From assembly GCF_902713615.1 (NCBI RefSeq), contig NC_052157.1:58168325-58232324 (forward strand): DNA of 64,000 nt, in the 5' to 3' direction. The position numbers and the translations under genes were made by a program. Each line of letters begins with the position of its first letter. Position 1 is the first letter of the stretch. Shown here piece by piece: positions 26,101 to 36,572 of the stretch. The notes under the pieces are model-generated. The model worked only from the letters and a program-made list of their open reading frames with translations. It searched no databases and had not been told where the DNA came from. The DNA is from Scyliorhinus canicula. Its lineage: Eukaryota.

Positions 26101-29100
26101 GACAAGTCACATATCTGAAGTGATTGTCAGGTTTAGTGTCTTTCTTTCCAGCTTCTGAAGCAATTGTATTCTGTTTGGGTCTGAGTACCTGAGCTTGTGT
26201 AGATTTTTGGATGTATCTTACAATTCAAGATGAAGGGATTCTGAAATGGGAGGTGGAAAACGAGGAGGTGCCTCCTTTTTAGAACAATGGAGAGGATGCT
26301 TTGTTTGAAAGGTTAGTTGGAAAACATGGTGTGGATCTTGATGGAAACGGCTAATGGAAAGCATTGTTTGAAAGAAGATTTTAAAGCGTGTCTTTCTGAG
26401 AGTGGAGCTCAGAAACACTCATTTGCCAATCATCTGGGGGAATTTGAAGGGAAGTCCAAAAAAGATAAATTGAGTGGCACCTGCCACTTGATTTAAGAGT
26501 GGAATGTTATCTTTGAAATCTGTGTACATTTGTGAAACTAAGGGGAGTGTATTATGATCAAACCTTTCATGTTTAATAAATGCTTTTTCTTGTTGTTAAA
26601 AACTAATTGGCAGTCCTGAGAGTGTTCCTTCTCATTTTCTAGAAAAAGTACAAGTTACAGTCTTTTGAGCATGGGTTCCATCTTGGGATCTTCCTCTCTA
26701 GTTAAAAACATGAACTGGGATCGTAACATCTGTTCACAAACACAAGACAAATCCAATACCATCCTGCCAGTTTACTTTATCAGCAAACTAATAGCAAGTG
26801 GCATAACAGTGCTGCCAAGCTTCATTCACTCACCAATAACTTGCTCATTGATGTTCAGTTTGGATTCCGCCAGGATCACTTGGGTGGTAACCTCATGACA
26901 GCTTTATCTTAAACATGGACAAAAGTGCTAATCTTTCGGGGCAAGTTGAAGGTGATTGCTTTTGACATCAATGTAGCTTTTGACCAGGTGTGGCATCAAG
27001 GAATCATGGAAACTTAAAGTTAATCAGTATTGGAGAAACTCCACTGGTTGGAGTCATACCTGGCACAAAGGGAGATGGATGTGGTGGTTGGAGGCCAATC
27101 AGCTCAGCCCAGAACATCACTGCAGGATTTCCTCAGGGTAGTGTCCTCGGCCCAAAGAATGCTTCATCAATGGTATTCTTTCCATTATGAGGTTAGAAGG
27201 AAAGATGCTCATAGGGTGGCACGGTGGCACAGTGGTTAGCACTGCTGTCTCATAGAACCGAGGACCCGGATTCAAACCTGGCCCCGGGCCCCTGAGCTGC
27301 GTGGATCTCACCCACATAACCCAAAAGATGTGCTCGGCAGATGGATTGGCCACGCTAAATTTTTCCTTAATTGAAAAAAAGGAAAGATGCTCATCGATGA
27401 TTGAAAATGAAAAGGAAAAATTGCACTATTCCTGTTACAATTCACACCTCCTCAGACACTGAAGCAGTCTGTGTCTAAATACAACAAGATCTGGACAGGC
27501 TTCTGTCTTGGGATAATAAGCGGCAAGTAAAATTCATGCCACACGGTTGGTAGGCAATGACTGTCTCCAACATGGCTGAATGGAAGTCCCTTCTCCAGAT
27601 GTGCAAATGCATTACCTTCACTATCACCTGGGTTATCATTGGCTAGAAACTAAGCTGGACCAACTTTGTAAATGCTGTGGCTACAAGTCAGATATTGGGA
27701 ATTCTGCAGAGAGTAACTCACCTCTTGACTTCCCAAAATCTGTCCAACATCTAAAATGACTAATCAGGAGTGTGATGGATCCACTTTCCTGGATGAATGC
27801 AGCTCTAACAGCACTCAAAAAGCTGCAGACAATCTAGGACAAAGCAGCGCAGTGTATGCACCCACACCACATGGACTACAGCGGTTCAAGCAGGTGGCTT
27901 ACCACAAACTTCTGAAAGGGGAAATTAGAGATTGGCATTAAATGCCAAATTGCTATACATACACCCATCACATGAAACAATAGAAACTAAATGCTGTGTT
28001 TTTGTACACTCACGTTCCACAGTGATGGTTATGGACCCCTCCACTGCTCCATGTTCATTCTCTGCCACACACTCATAGTCTCCAGTGTCCCTGGATGTAA
28101 CGTGAGGAATCACCAACCACAGCTCATTGTTGGAAGTTTTTCTGTTCATTGTGACATTAAAATGTCTCCACGTCAGGTTAGAAGCTGGGAAGCTCTCGAC
28201 AGAGCAGATTATCACTGTAGAACTCCCCTCAATGATATTGATCACTGAAGTGTTAATCGTATCAGGAGAAGTTATTGAGAGATTTTGTGGTGCGCCTAAA
28301 AGTGAATAAAGATATTGAGTATTGCTGAAAAAAGACATATGTTCTCAAAACTTTTCTTCTTGCACTTATCAGGATGATTGAACACTAGAATTGAGAGCAG
28401 GGACAGTCTATTCAGTTGATCGAGCTTGCTCTGCCATTTGATAAGATCATGGTTGACCTGATTATGGCCTCAACTCCACTTTCTGATCTGCTTCCCCCCC
28501 TCCCCGCCACCTACCACTGCCTTCCACCCCACAATCCTGGTTCCCTTTGTTGATTAAAATTCTATTTAACTCATCCTTCAATATATTCCTTGACCCAGTC
28601 TCCACTGCTCTCTGGAGAAGAGAATTCCACAGACTTTATCTCTTAAGAGATAAAGAAAATCCTTATTTTAGTCTTGAATTGGGAGACCGGTAATTTTGAG
28701 ACTGTGTCTCCTAGTTTAAGTGTCCTCTACAAAGGGAAAAATCCTCTCAGGTCCACCCTGAGAAGTCCCCTCAGGATCTTATATGTTTCAATAAGGTAAA
28801 ATCTCATTCTCTTCAACTCCAGCAAGTATAGACCCAACCTGTTCAACCTTTCCTCATATGATAGCCCCTTCTTCCCAGGAATCCGAGGAGTAAACCTTTT
28901 CTGAACTGCCTCCAATGCAATTATATACCTTGTCAGTAAGGGGACCAAAACAGTACACAGTACTCCAGATGTGGTAAAACTAAAGCCCTTTGCAGTTCAA
29001 GCAATACTTCCCTACTTTAATATTTCACCCCCTTGCAATAAACAGCAACATTCCATATGTCTTTTGAGTCACTTGCAGTTCCTGCATACTAACAGTTTGT

Positions 29101-32100
29101 GATTCATGTGCCAGGACATCCAGATCCCTCTGCACCAGTTCCAGGCAATGACCATCCAAACAAGAAAGAACCCAACCATCACCTCTCCACCCCCGTGCCC
29201 TACTCTGACACCGCCATCGCTAAATATCCCACCACTCAACAGTAACCGAACCAGAATCCGTTTGCTTGAAGTGTTGCCTTGGAGAATGCACCAGCTTATT
29301 GATAACTGACAGTTAGCTGCCAAGCATCATTTAAATTGAAATTCCTGATTGGTCAAGGAATTGTCCTGGGGAGTGAACCCGGGAATGGCCATCGCCTATT
29401 ATGGTTATGTTCAGCTGAAAAAGGTGCAATGTGTGTACATGTTCTTTCTGTCTACAGAGGACAGGGTCCTGTGTGTTAAGTGATGTAGTGTCCCGCGCGT
29501 GAACGTGAGCCACTCTGCACGCTTGACTGACATCTTAAATACGTTGTCGACATAATTCTTAGAACACTCAGGATTGTTCAGCAACTGCTGCCAAATCACA
29601 GAGTCACATCTACTGTTGCACACTATGATTTCAGTTTTATCAACACGAGCCGTTTGGGTGTGGTCAGTACTTTGCACATTGCAAACAGCCAAAGGGACAT
29701 GCTGTTTTATACGAGTCGCCAGTCTTTGGGCTGGATGGCCTACATATCTGGAATGACATAGGCATTGAAACACATAGAGCACATTGCTCATTTGTGCGAG
29801 AGGAAAGTATAAGTTCGGCTTGTTGGCAACTTGTTTGTGGTGAATACCACTGGTTTTCCTATTGCATAGTAGCAAAGGCTAGCTTCACCTGTTGCATCTA
29901 TTTTTGAGATAACTTACCAATCCAGGGTAACCAGAGGTATACTTGATACTTTTTAGGGCTGAAAATGGGGGCCTTAGGCCAATTCATGAGTTTGGGCGTG
30001 ATACAATGAGCAATGATCTGATCAGGGTCACCATTATTCTGTGGGATGGTTTTGATGGCCCTATTTCAACATCACATTTTCATGGTGAGCTATTGACGAG
30101 GTTGCCGATAAGGCCAATCTTGTGGAACTGGAAGAATCCCAACGCACATGTTGATCACTGAAGGTATGCTTGCAGTAGACAGTAGTGAAGAACTCATTGG
30201 CGGATAGAACGATCCTATTACACTATTCAAAATCCCCGAACAAGTTGTAGCAAGAAAATACAGATGATACAAATACAGAAGATGCAGATAAAATACAGGG
30301 TTCGTACGAAATTGATATTTATGGGATCTTGCTGTGCACAATCTGAACAACTACATCTAATGAAGGATAATCGTACTTACATTGCACAGTGAGTATGAGG
30401 GTCCGCTCCGATGAAACAGATGGATATCTCAGTCTACAGGTGAGAGTTTGTCCGTGGTGTCTGAGTGATGGGGTCAGGCTGAGAACAGAAGTATAGGTCA
30501 GAGTGACGCCATGCTGAGTTACTGTGTTTGAGACTGATCCAGGTACGTCAGTGGGAGTGTCCCAGGTTAAGACAGGAGCTGTTCCATTGCACGTTGTGTT
30601 GAAGGTGCACCTTATGTCCACACGCTTTCCTGCAATAATTTCAGCAGGGAATATCCTGGGTTTATCTGTGAAATCTAACACACAGAGAATGGATCCTTTT
30701 AGATAAATATAATGTAAACCATCAGTTCAAATAGAAATCACAGTCCCAGAAGAGAAAGCCTTTTACAAGGATGGGTATCAAAACTGAGAGATGAAATATA
30801 TTCAGGAAAAATGTTCCTATTTTCAAGAGAGAAGGGAGCTAACATTGAGTCTGGATGACTCTGTCAAAGCTAGAGAGAAGTTCTCTCTGCTGAGATTGTC
30901 CAGTATTTTCTGTTCTTGTTTCAGATTCCAGCATCCGCAATAATATACTGTATCTTCCTATTCTCAAACTTGGCCTCTGTTACAGAATACACTTTCACTA
31001 TACTGGCTTTACAATACTGGGTTGTGGATGATGGAGCAGCACACAACGCATGGACTCATCATTGTTTGGAGATCATTGATCCCATTGCTCTCGGCGAGAG
31101 CTTGCTGTTCACGACTTCAGTGCTGCTGTGGGCACAATACAACAATGACTACACTTGAAGAATTAGTTTTTTGGCTGTGAATTGAGTTTCGATATTCTGA
31201 AGTAGCGAATGGCACAATAGAAATCTGAATCTTTTGTCGATATGTTTAATTATAAAACACGAATAGGTAGATTGATGGGAGTGGATAACCTGATAACATT
31301 GATGGACACAGTCAATACATTAAAACATTGCTATTAAAGAGAGTATTAGAGGTTGCTTCAGGACTGAACTAGAAGCTATCACCAGGTTATTGATAATTAG
31401 ACACCGTGTTATAATAAACTATTTTGTGATCACAGTTTGTGTTATTTCCCATTCAGTGTTGGATGTGAATTGTTGAATAATTATAACACAGCACTTACCA
31501 GAAACGTGAAGCTGTGTTGCAGAATAATAGGTATGGCTGGGAACATGGTTAAATTTTATTCTGAAAAAATAAGGTCCCGCATCTTTCCTTCTGATGTTGT
31601 TTATAATCAGGGAACAGTCGCCGTCTTTCAGGTCTCCAGACAGCCGGGTCCGATGGCGGAAGCGTGGTGACTCGTACCTGTGATTCCTGGAGTGAAAGGC
31701 TACAGACCATACCTTCTGTTTCACCATATTGAGCCAGACTCCATATCGGAGTTGGTTTGCCAAATGTGATGGATAACAGTAATGACATGGAATCTGTACA
31801 CACAAACCTTCCTGCGCTGTCACCTCTCGTGGAGTGTTGCCTTTCCACTCTTGTGACAGTGCAACTGGGGAGAGAAATATCAATATTTAACACGGGATGA
31901 TTTGTAGATCCACTAAACTCGATATCCACCCCCTCTGTCACTGGTGTCCCATGGCTGCAGTGTGGACCATCTACAGGACACACAAGGAACTCCCCAAGAT
32001 TTCACAACAGCTGGGCAGGAAGTGTGGAGGCTACACTCTCTCTGTCTATTCTAACTGCTGCTTTACTTTGGTAATGGCGACTTAGCAATAAAATAAGATT

Positions 32101-33038
32101 CTCTCAGCTCCTCCAGCCTTTAGGGAGGGAATTCCAGACTTTAAGGTCCAGGCAGCTGAAGGCATGGCTGCCAATGGTGGAGTGATGAACATCAGGAGAT
32201 GCTCAAAAGGCTGGAATTGGAGGAGCTCAGAGAGATGTAACGACTGGAGTAGGTTACAGAGATCTGGCTAGTTGTAGGGGCTGGAGGAGATAAAAAAGAT
32301 AGGGAGGGTTTTTAATGCGGCTGGAGATTACAGAAATCCAGAGGTTTGTAGGGACTGGAGGAGGTTACAGAGATAGAATGATTTGGAGGCGCAGGGGGAG
32401 ATTACCAAGACAGAGTTATAGGGTCTGGGGGAGTTACAGATACAGAGACGGTTGTAGGTTATGATGTGTGTGCAAAAGGGAGTGTTGTAGGGTCTGGAGG
32501 TGACTACAGAGATGGGGTGGGTTGTTGAGGCTGAACGAGGTTTCAGACATAAGTGTTGTAGGTGCTAAAGGAGGTTAAAAAGAGGGAGAGTTGGAGAGGC
32601 TGGGGGGTATTACAGAGATGGGGAGGGTTGTAGGGGCTGAAGAAGGTTACAGAGATGGGTAGGATTGTAGGGGCTTTAGGAGCTCACAGAGATACGGAGG
32701 GTTGTAGGGGCTGGAGGAGATTACAGAGATAGGGAGTGTTGTAGGAAGTTACAGTAATAAGTATCCAGTGTTAGGACAGGGAAAGATTTCATCACAGAAA
32801 TATGAATGTAAAATGTTTGGGATACAAGGGAGTCAGAGTATATCAGTGAACACAGGAGTGATGGGTGATGGACTTGGTGTGAGTTTATTCACTGGGTTAC
32901 TGCTGAATTGGTTCCCAATCAGAGCTAAATAAGAATGTTGTTTTACAAAGTCTATGAACCATAAACCTGTCTGAGCTGACCATATTATATTATATTACCA
33001 TGAAGAAGTGACAGGAGGAAGTAAGATTTCCTGATCAT
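14035..33038 (-). CDS. Siglec-like (CD33/MAG-related) Ig receptor, spliced: SP-V-C2-C2-TM-cytoplasmic, 7 coding exons, 1296 nt / 431 aa
   Basis: Exons 32999-33038, 31499-31864, 30381-30674, 28014-28295, 23433-23529, 17483-17567 and 14035-14166. All have GT-AG boundaries, intron phases 1,1,1,1,2,0 are mutually compatible, and there are no internal stops. Confidence 0.88.
14272..14371 (-). mobile_element. Penelope-derived short terminal repeat with decayed hammerhead
   Basis: Minus strand TTTGACAACGGGCCATCTGGACTCTAAACATTAGCTC...CAGATGCTGCCAGAC. Core nucleotides are mutated. Confidence 0.5.
14375..14998 (+). repeat. Degenerate AT-rich tandem repeat (TTGATTATTGATATTGA motif), interrupted by a SINE at about 14660-14893
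   Basis: The motif recurs more than 10 times, at roughly 30-35 bp spacing. Confidence 0.75.
14998..17448 (+). mobile_element. 5'-truncated Gmr1-like Gypsy element (IN C-term, RT, RH, 3' LTR 16836-17448)
   Basis: The integrase tail ARFCGTYQI..VNYVVKTPDRRK lies upstream of RT (IKQHPYR, YIDD) and RNase H. The LTR has TG..CA ends. Confidence 0.88.
17483..17567 (-). CDS. Cytoplasmic exon GSSTERCHSAQADWVGNNSPGEQSDRVW
   Basis: 85 nt, acceptor acacag, strong donor gtaagt. Phase 2 to 0 is exactly what is needed to link the TM exon to the last exon. Confidence 0.75.
17866..18685 (-). mobile_element. CR1 3' fragment
   Basis: WAERWQMEFN, LVRPDLEYCVQFWSP, reverse (ATAGAAC)n tail. Confidence 0.92.
19100..23400 (+). 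mobile_element. Near full-length degraded CR1 (ORF1 zinc finger plus SGNH esterase, ORF2 EN-RT)
   Basis: CSSFRMW..CGKC, IVIGDSMVRG, VHIGTND, AITETW, RT motifs, (TTCTATG)-type tail. Confidence 0.92.
20660..21051 (-). mobile_element. Solo LTR inside CR1
   Basis: Non-CR1 block ending ..CACAACA with GTTT on both flanks. Internal TTTATT (minus-strand poly(A) signal). Confidence 0.6.
23433..23529 (-). CDS. Transmembrane exon RGSKEWKAGLLGAGISLCVGLGGFFIFKCARK
   Basis: Not in the ORF track. Acceptor ctgtttttacag, donor gtaaga, 97 nt, phase 1 to 2. A 20-aa hydrophobic stretch is followed by basic residues. Confidence 0.9.
23660..24842 (+). mobile_element. Ancient CR1-clade LINE fragments
   Basis: TCACTGTCACTGGGTCAAAATGCTGGAACTCCCTC 3' end and a TCCCCATCGTCAATGATGG mid-ORF2 segment. 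Related pieces lie at about 26730-27950. Confidence 0.55.
23793..24215 (-). mobile_element. Solo LTR
   Basis: TGTCGTG...CATGACA inverted ends, ACCAT/ACCAC flanks. The host LINE resumes seamlessly. Confidence 0.8.
24843..26728 (+). mobile_element. Probable long solo LTR, interrupted by a MITE
   Basis: TGTCA...TAACA ends and AATAAA at about 26575. No TSD found. Confidence 0.4.
25064..25780. mobile_element. CpG-rich Harbinger-type MITE
   Basis: TIRs GGGCCGGGATTCTCC / GGAGAATTCCGCCC. Homologous to 43965-44682. Confidence 0.8.
27213..27380 (+). mobile_element. Short poly-A V-SINE
   Basis: 14-bp TSD GGAAAGATGCTCAT at 27199-27212 and 27381-27394. Confidence 0.9.
28014..28295 (-). CDS. C2/I-set Ig domain exon (domain 3)
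   Basis: APQNLSI...CSVESFPASNLTW...DTGDYECVAENEHG. Acceptor cttttag, donor gtgagt. Confidence 0.93.
28390..29150 (-). mobile_element. CR1 3' fragment
   Basis: LEAVQKRFT..GLSYEERLNRLGL..LIETYKILRG. Confidence 0.8.
29310..30280 (-). mobile_element. Penelope-like element fragment (RT thumb plus GIY-YIG endonuclease)
   Basis: NVLYVFQCLCHSRYVGHPAQRLATRIKQH (GIY-YIG), with an upstream degenerate VYCKHTF..VRWDS segment. Confidence 0.8.
30381..30674 (-). CDS. C2-set Ig domain exon (domain 2)
   Basis: RCTFNTTCNGTAPVLTW...HHGQTLTC, with the extra Cys typical of Siglec domain 2. Phase 1-1 with canonical splice sites. Confidence 0.93.
30826..30941. mobile_element. Decayed Penelope-type terminal repeat in inverted configuration
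   Basis: Reverse copy of the TTGACAGAGTCATCCAGACTC head, followed by a forward CTGCTGAGATTGTCCAGTATTTTCTG tail. Related to 14272-14371. Confidence 0.45.
31499..31864 (-). CDS. Siglec V-set Ig domain exon
   Basis: Reads W..P.EV.A.EGLCVQIPC, then GDCSL (Siglec B-E intra-sheet Cys pair), then DAGPYFFR (F-strand Arg). Acceptor tctctccccag, donor gtaagt. Confidence 0.95.
32225..32745 (+). repeat. Purine-rich degenerate minisatellite (about 35 bp), adjoining an L2 3' fragment
   Basis: GGGTTGTAGGGGCTGGAGGAG.TTACAGAGAT recurs about 12 times. Confidence 0.8.
32999..33038 (-). CDS. Siglec-like coding exon 1, signal peptide MIRKSYFLLSLLH(V)
   Basis: ATG at 33038 (an in-frame upstream ATG lies at 33059). 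Donor G|gtaat at 32998. The phase-1 join with the V-set exon gives ...LLHVALSQEW. Confidence 0.8.
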
Positions 33039-33291
33039 TGTCCACTCCCAGATTTTCATCACCTTCTCACTTTCAAGCTCTGAAAGATAAAGGAGTTAAT
33101 GACACCTCACCTTTTGTCCGACAGCTTTTGAGAGATCAGAACTGCTTTTAGGCAATGACTTCAGAGTAATTTGATTCTGTGTGGGATGATAGGTGGTCTG
33201 CAGAGAGTTACAAACCTTTAATAATGAAAAACGATGTAGGACTTGCATTTCTCTGGCACCTTTCATCACCTCAGGACGTCGAAAAGCTCAT

Positions 33292-33885
33292 GGCCGGTAT
33301 TCTCTGAGCCTTTGCACCGCATCGCGCTCGGAACGGGGGCGGAGAATGGGGTGTCAGACCCGTGATCGGGTCTGATGCCTTCCCACGATTCTCTAGGGAC
33401 TGGAGAGTCGATCGCGCGTGTGGTCAACGCAGCGCCGGTCGGGGGCCATTGAAAGAGGCCCCCGTGGAGATTCTCTGCCAGCAACTGGCCGAGTTCCTGC
33501 CGGCGCGGTTCATTCATGGCTCCACCAAGCAGCCACTCGGAGTGGTGGCTGCGGACACAGTCCGCGGCTGCTCTGGTGGGGGGCGGCCTCCAGGATGTCC
33601 AGGCTCGCGATCGGGGGCCACCAATCGGTGGACGCACGTGATCTGGGTGCGGCCTATATTGTCGGGGCATGTCCGCTATATGGGTCCGCCATGTTGCGTG
33701 GAGCCGCAGCCAGAAGTACAGGGCCCCGTATCAGCAGCCGGAGCTGCGAGGACTACTCCGGAGCCCTGCTAGCCCCCTTCAAAATGGAGAATCATTCTGG
33801 ACTTTCTCCAGGAAAGTGCAGAGTGATTTGCACCCGTTTTCCCGTGGACGTGTGGACATAGCCCCATTATCAGAAAATTCCGCCC
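33292..33885. mobile_element. CpG-rich MITE-like element about 250 bp upstream of the Siglec-like ATG
   Basis: Degenerate TIRs GGCCGGTATTCTC / GAAAATTCCGCCC, high GC. Confidence 0.6.
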
Positions 33886-34106
33886 TAGGTCTCTGCACTT
33901 CCCTCGGCCTTTGAACGAAAAAGATGTTCTGCACGACAAACTTGAAACTCCAGCCAGATCTCAATAATAAGTCAAAATCTTTCAAAGGCATCAATCACTG
34001 AACTGTCTTTATCAAGTCACAACCTCCTTCTGCACTGTAAATCTATGAACATCAACAAAAAACTATACTGGCTGTGGAAGCGAGTTCTCATCATTGCGTT
34101 ACTTAC

Positions 34107-34191
34107 CCAAGACCTCTCTGACTGCCCGCCTGGGGAGTAGCTGCCGACATGGTCTGCTTAGGCTGAATGACCTCTTTCTGTGCAGCTCTCT
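34107..34191 (-). pseudogene. Decayed paralogous copy of the cytoplasmic exon
   Basis: 67/85 identical to 17483-17567 in a manual ungapped alignment. CAA has become TAA in the homologous frame. The donor gtaagt is retained and flanking intron similarity extends about 40 bp. Confidence 0.8.
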
Positions 34192-34234
34192 TAGTGCAAT
34201 TAATCAGAAAAGGTTGATGTGTAACTGTGAGGCA

Positions 34235-34246
34235 AAATGAGGAAGT
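34235..34246 (+). promoter_or_regulatory. PU.1/Spi-like ETS motif
   Basis: AAATGAGGAAGT about 45 bp upstream (gene sense) of the pseudo-exon. Motif match only. Confidence 0.25.
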
Positions 34247-34502
34247 ATGTAACTAGTAAGATACAAAGAAGCGGGGAGCCAGTGATAAGCCAAATGGTGA
34301 TAGTTCATCCTGATTCTGTGCTGATACTTATGCTGCTGTTTTCACCCTGATAAGAGGAATTTTCGCTCGGGCGCTGCAGGGTTACATTCTAATACCTCAC
34401 ATAGTTATGTATTTGAGATCTCACTGCAGAAACTTCAGAGCCAATCCCATGTGCCTAATCCCGGCCATGTGCCTGCACCACACTGTCGGAGGGACAATAT
34501 CG

Positions 34503-34725
34503 GGGGCCGGTTTAGCTCAGTGGGGTAGACAGCTGGTTTGAGATGCAAAACAAAGCTAGCAACGTGGGTTCAATTCCCAAAGCAGCTGAGGTCATTCACG
34601 AAAGCCAGCTTTCTCAACCTTGCCCTGGTCTGAGGTGCACTGCTCCTCAGGTTAAACCACCCCCAGTTCTCCAGCTCAAAGGGGAAAGAAGCCAATGGTC
34701 ATCTGGGGCTATGGCAACTTGAATA
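34503..34725 (+). mobile_element. tRNA-derived SINE
   Basis: GGCCGGTTTAGCTCAGTGG A-box and GGTTCAATTCC B-box, followed by non-tRNA body. Confidence 0.75.
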
Positions 34726-34726
34726 A

Positions 34727-34880
34727 TAATAATAATCTTTATTAGTGTTACAAGTAGGCTTCATTAACACGGCAATTGAGTTACTGTGAAAATTGCCTTG
34801 TCTCCACATGCCGACGCCTGTTCGGTTAAACTGAAAGAGAATTCAGAATGTTCAATTCACCTAACAAGCACATCTTACCT
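34727..34880 (-). mobile_element. V-SINE 3' part with L2 tail
   Basis: Same family as 9975-10215. Confidence 0.7.
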
Positions 34881-34902
34881 GTATTGAGGGAGCATTGCAC
34901 TA

Positions 34903-35872
34903 TGTTATGGGCCAGGGTTTAGAGAACCCCAAAGTATATCAAGGAGTTCACCTGACCCACAACTTTTAATAGATTGTGGTATGGGGAGCACATGGCTCAC
35001 TCCACAGGTGTTGTACAGCAGAAATGGAAAAGTATTTTTAAAGCAAAACAATGTTTATTCTATGAACTCAAGTTAAACTTTTTAAAACATACAGTGAACA
35101 TCTTAGCAATCATTAATTCAAATACAACCCCCAAAGTATACAATACTAAGTAATCCTTTGAGCTTTCCTTTTCACATCCATAAGACAAAAGAAACACCTT
35201 TTAGCAGAAGCACATTAGGTTTACATTCACTACTGAGAACATTTATAATTCTGCGTTCACCAAATTATCAAGAGATAGTCTTTTCATGGCAGAGAGATCA
35301 ACAGTACACCTGCTCTATCTGGATTCAGCTCCAACACTGACAATGAAACCAAAACACACCCTGCAGCCTGCTCCAAAATGAAAGTAAAAAGCTGACAGAG
35401 AGCCCAGCTCCACCCACTCTCTGACATCACTGCAGGAGTAAACACCCATTTAGAACATAGAACAGTACAGCACAAAACAGGCCCTTCGGCCCTCGATGTT
35501 GTGCCGAGCAATGATCACCCTACTCAAACCCACGTATCAATCCTATACCCGTAACCCTACAACCCCCCCGTTAACCTTACTTTTTAGGACACTACGGGCA
35601 ATTTACCATGGCCAATCCACCTAACCCGCACATCTTTGGACTGTGGGAGGAAACCGGAGCACCCGGAGGAAACCCACGCACACACGGGGAGGACGTGCAG
35701 ACTCCGCACAGACAGTGACCCAGCCAGGAATCGAACCTGGGACCCTGGAGCTGTGAAGCATTTATGCTAACCACCATGCTACCGTGCGGTTCTTAAAGGT
35801 ACTCTCACTAGAGATGTTTATATACACATCCATTTATGAACACCCATTTCTTAAAGATACTCTCACATGACA
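34903..35872 (-). mobile_element. Solo LTR of the Gmr1-like family, interrupted by a V-SINE at about 35452-35787
   Basis: Reverse complement of the LTR at 16836-17448. Flanks ACTA/ACTG. Confidence 0.85.
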
Positions 35873-36475
35873 ACTGTAAGAGGCTCAGCACTGAGGGGTG
35901 CAGCAGCACTGTCAGATATTCAATACCGAGGGAACACTGCACTGTCAGAGCATCAGTGTTTACGGAGCACTGCACTGCCAGGTGGTCAGTGCTCAGGGAA
36001 TTCTGCACTGTCATAGGGCTATTACTGAGGGAATGCTGCACTGTCAGAATGTCTTGAGTGAGTGCTGCTCTGTTGGAGGCTCAGTACTGAGGTAGTGTTG
36101 CAGTGATCCGGGTTTAGCAATGAGGGAGCAATGCACTGCTGGATAGTTTGCAATGATGAAGCACCGCACTGTTGGAGAGTTAATACTGAAGGAGTGCTGT
36201 AGAGACGCTGGTTTAGCTCACTGGGCGAAATCGCTGGCTTTTAAAGCAGACCAAGCAGGCCAGCAGCACGGTTCGATTCCCGTACCAGCCTCCCCGGACA
36301 GGTGCCGGAATATGGCGACTAGGGGCTTTTCACAGTAACTTCATTTGAAGCCTACTCGTGACAATAAGTGATTTGCATTTCATTTCATTTCATAGTGCCG
36401 GACGGTCAGCACTGAGGGAGCACTGCGCTGTCATAGGGATAGTGCTGAGGGAGTGCTGGACTGTTGAAGGCTCAT
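35873..36475 (+). repeat. Degenerate 33-bp minisatellite array, with a tRNA-SINE at about 36206-36395
   Basis: GAGGGA.TGCTGCACTGT units, same family as 8472-8880. Confidence 0.75.
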
Positions 36476-36572
36476 ACTCCACAGGCAGTAGGGAATGGGT
36501 GACCACCAGGCAGAACAAGAGGATTGGACAGGCAGTGCGTGAATCTCCTGTGGCTATTCCCCTGCAAAACAC

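Noticed and set aside
33080-33110. Apparent GT-AG intron just upstream of the start codon
   Set aside because: Only 31 nt, too short for a vertebrate spliceosomal intron.
34503-34580. tRNA gene (also 36206 and the V-SINE heads)
   Set aside because: A/B boxes are present but there is no complete cloverleaf, and each continues into a SINE body and tail.
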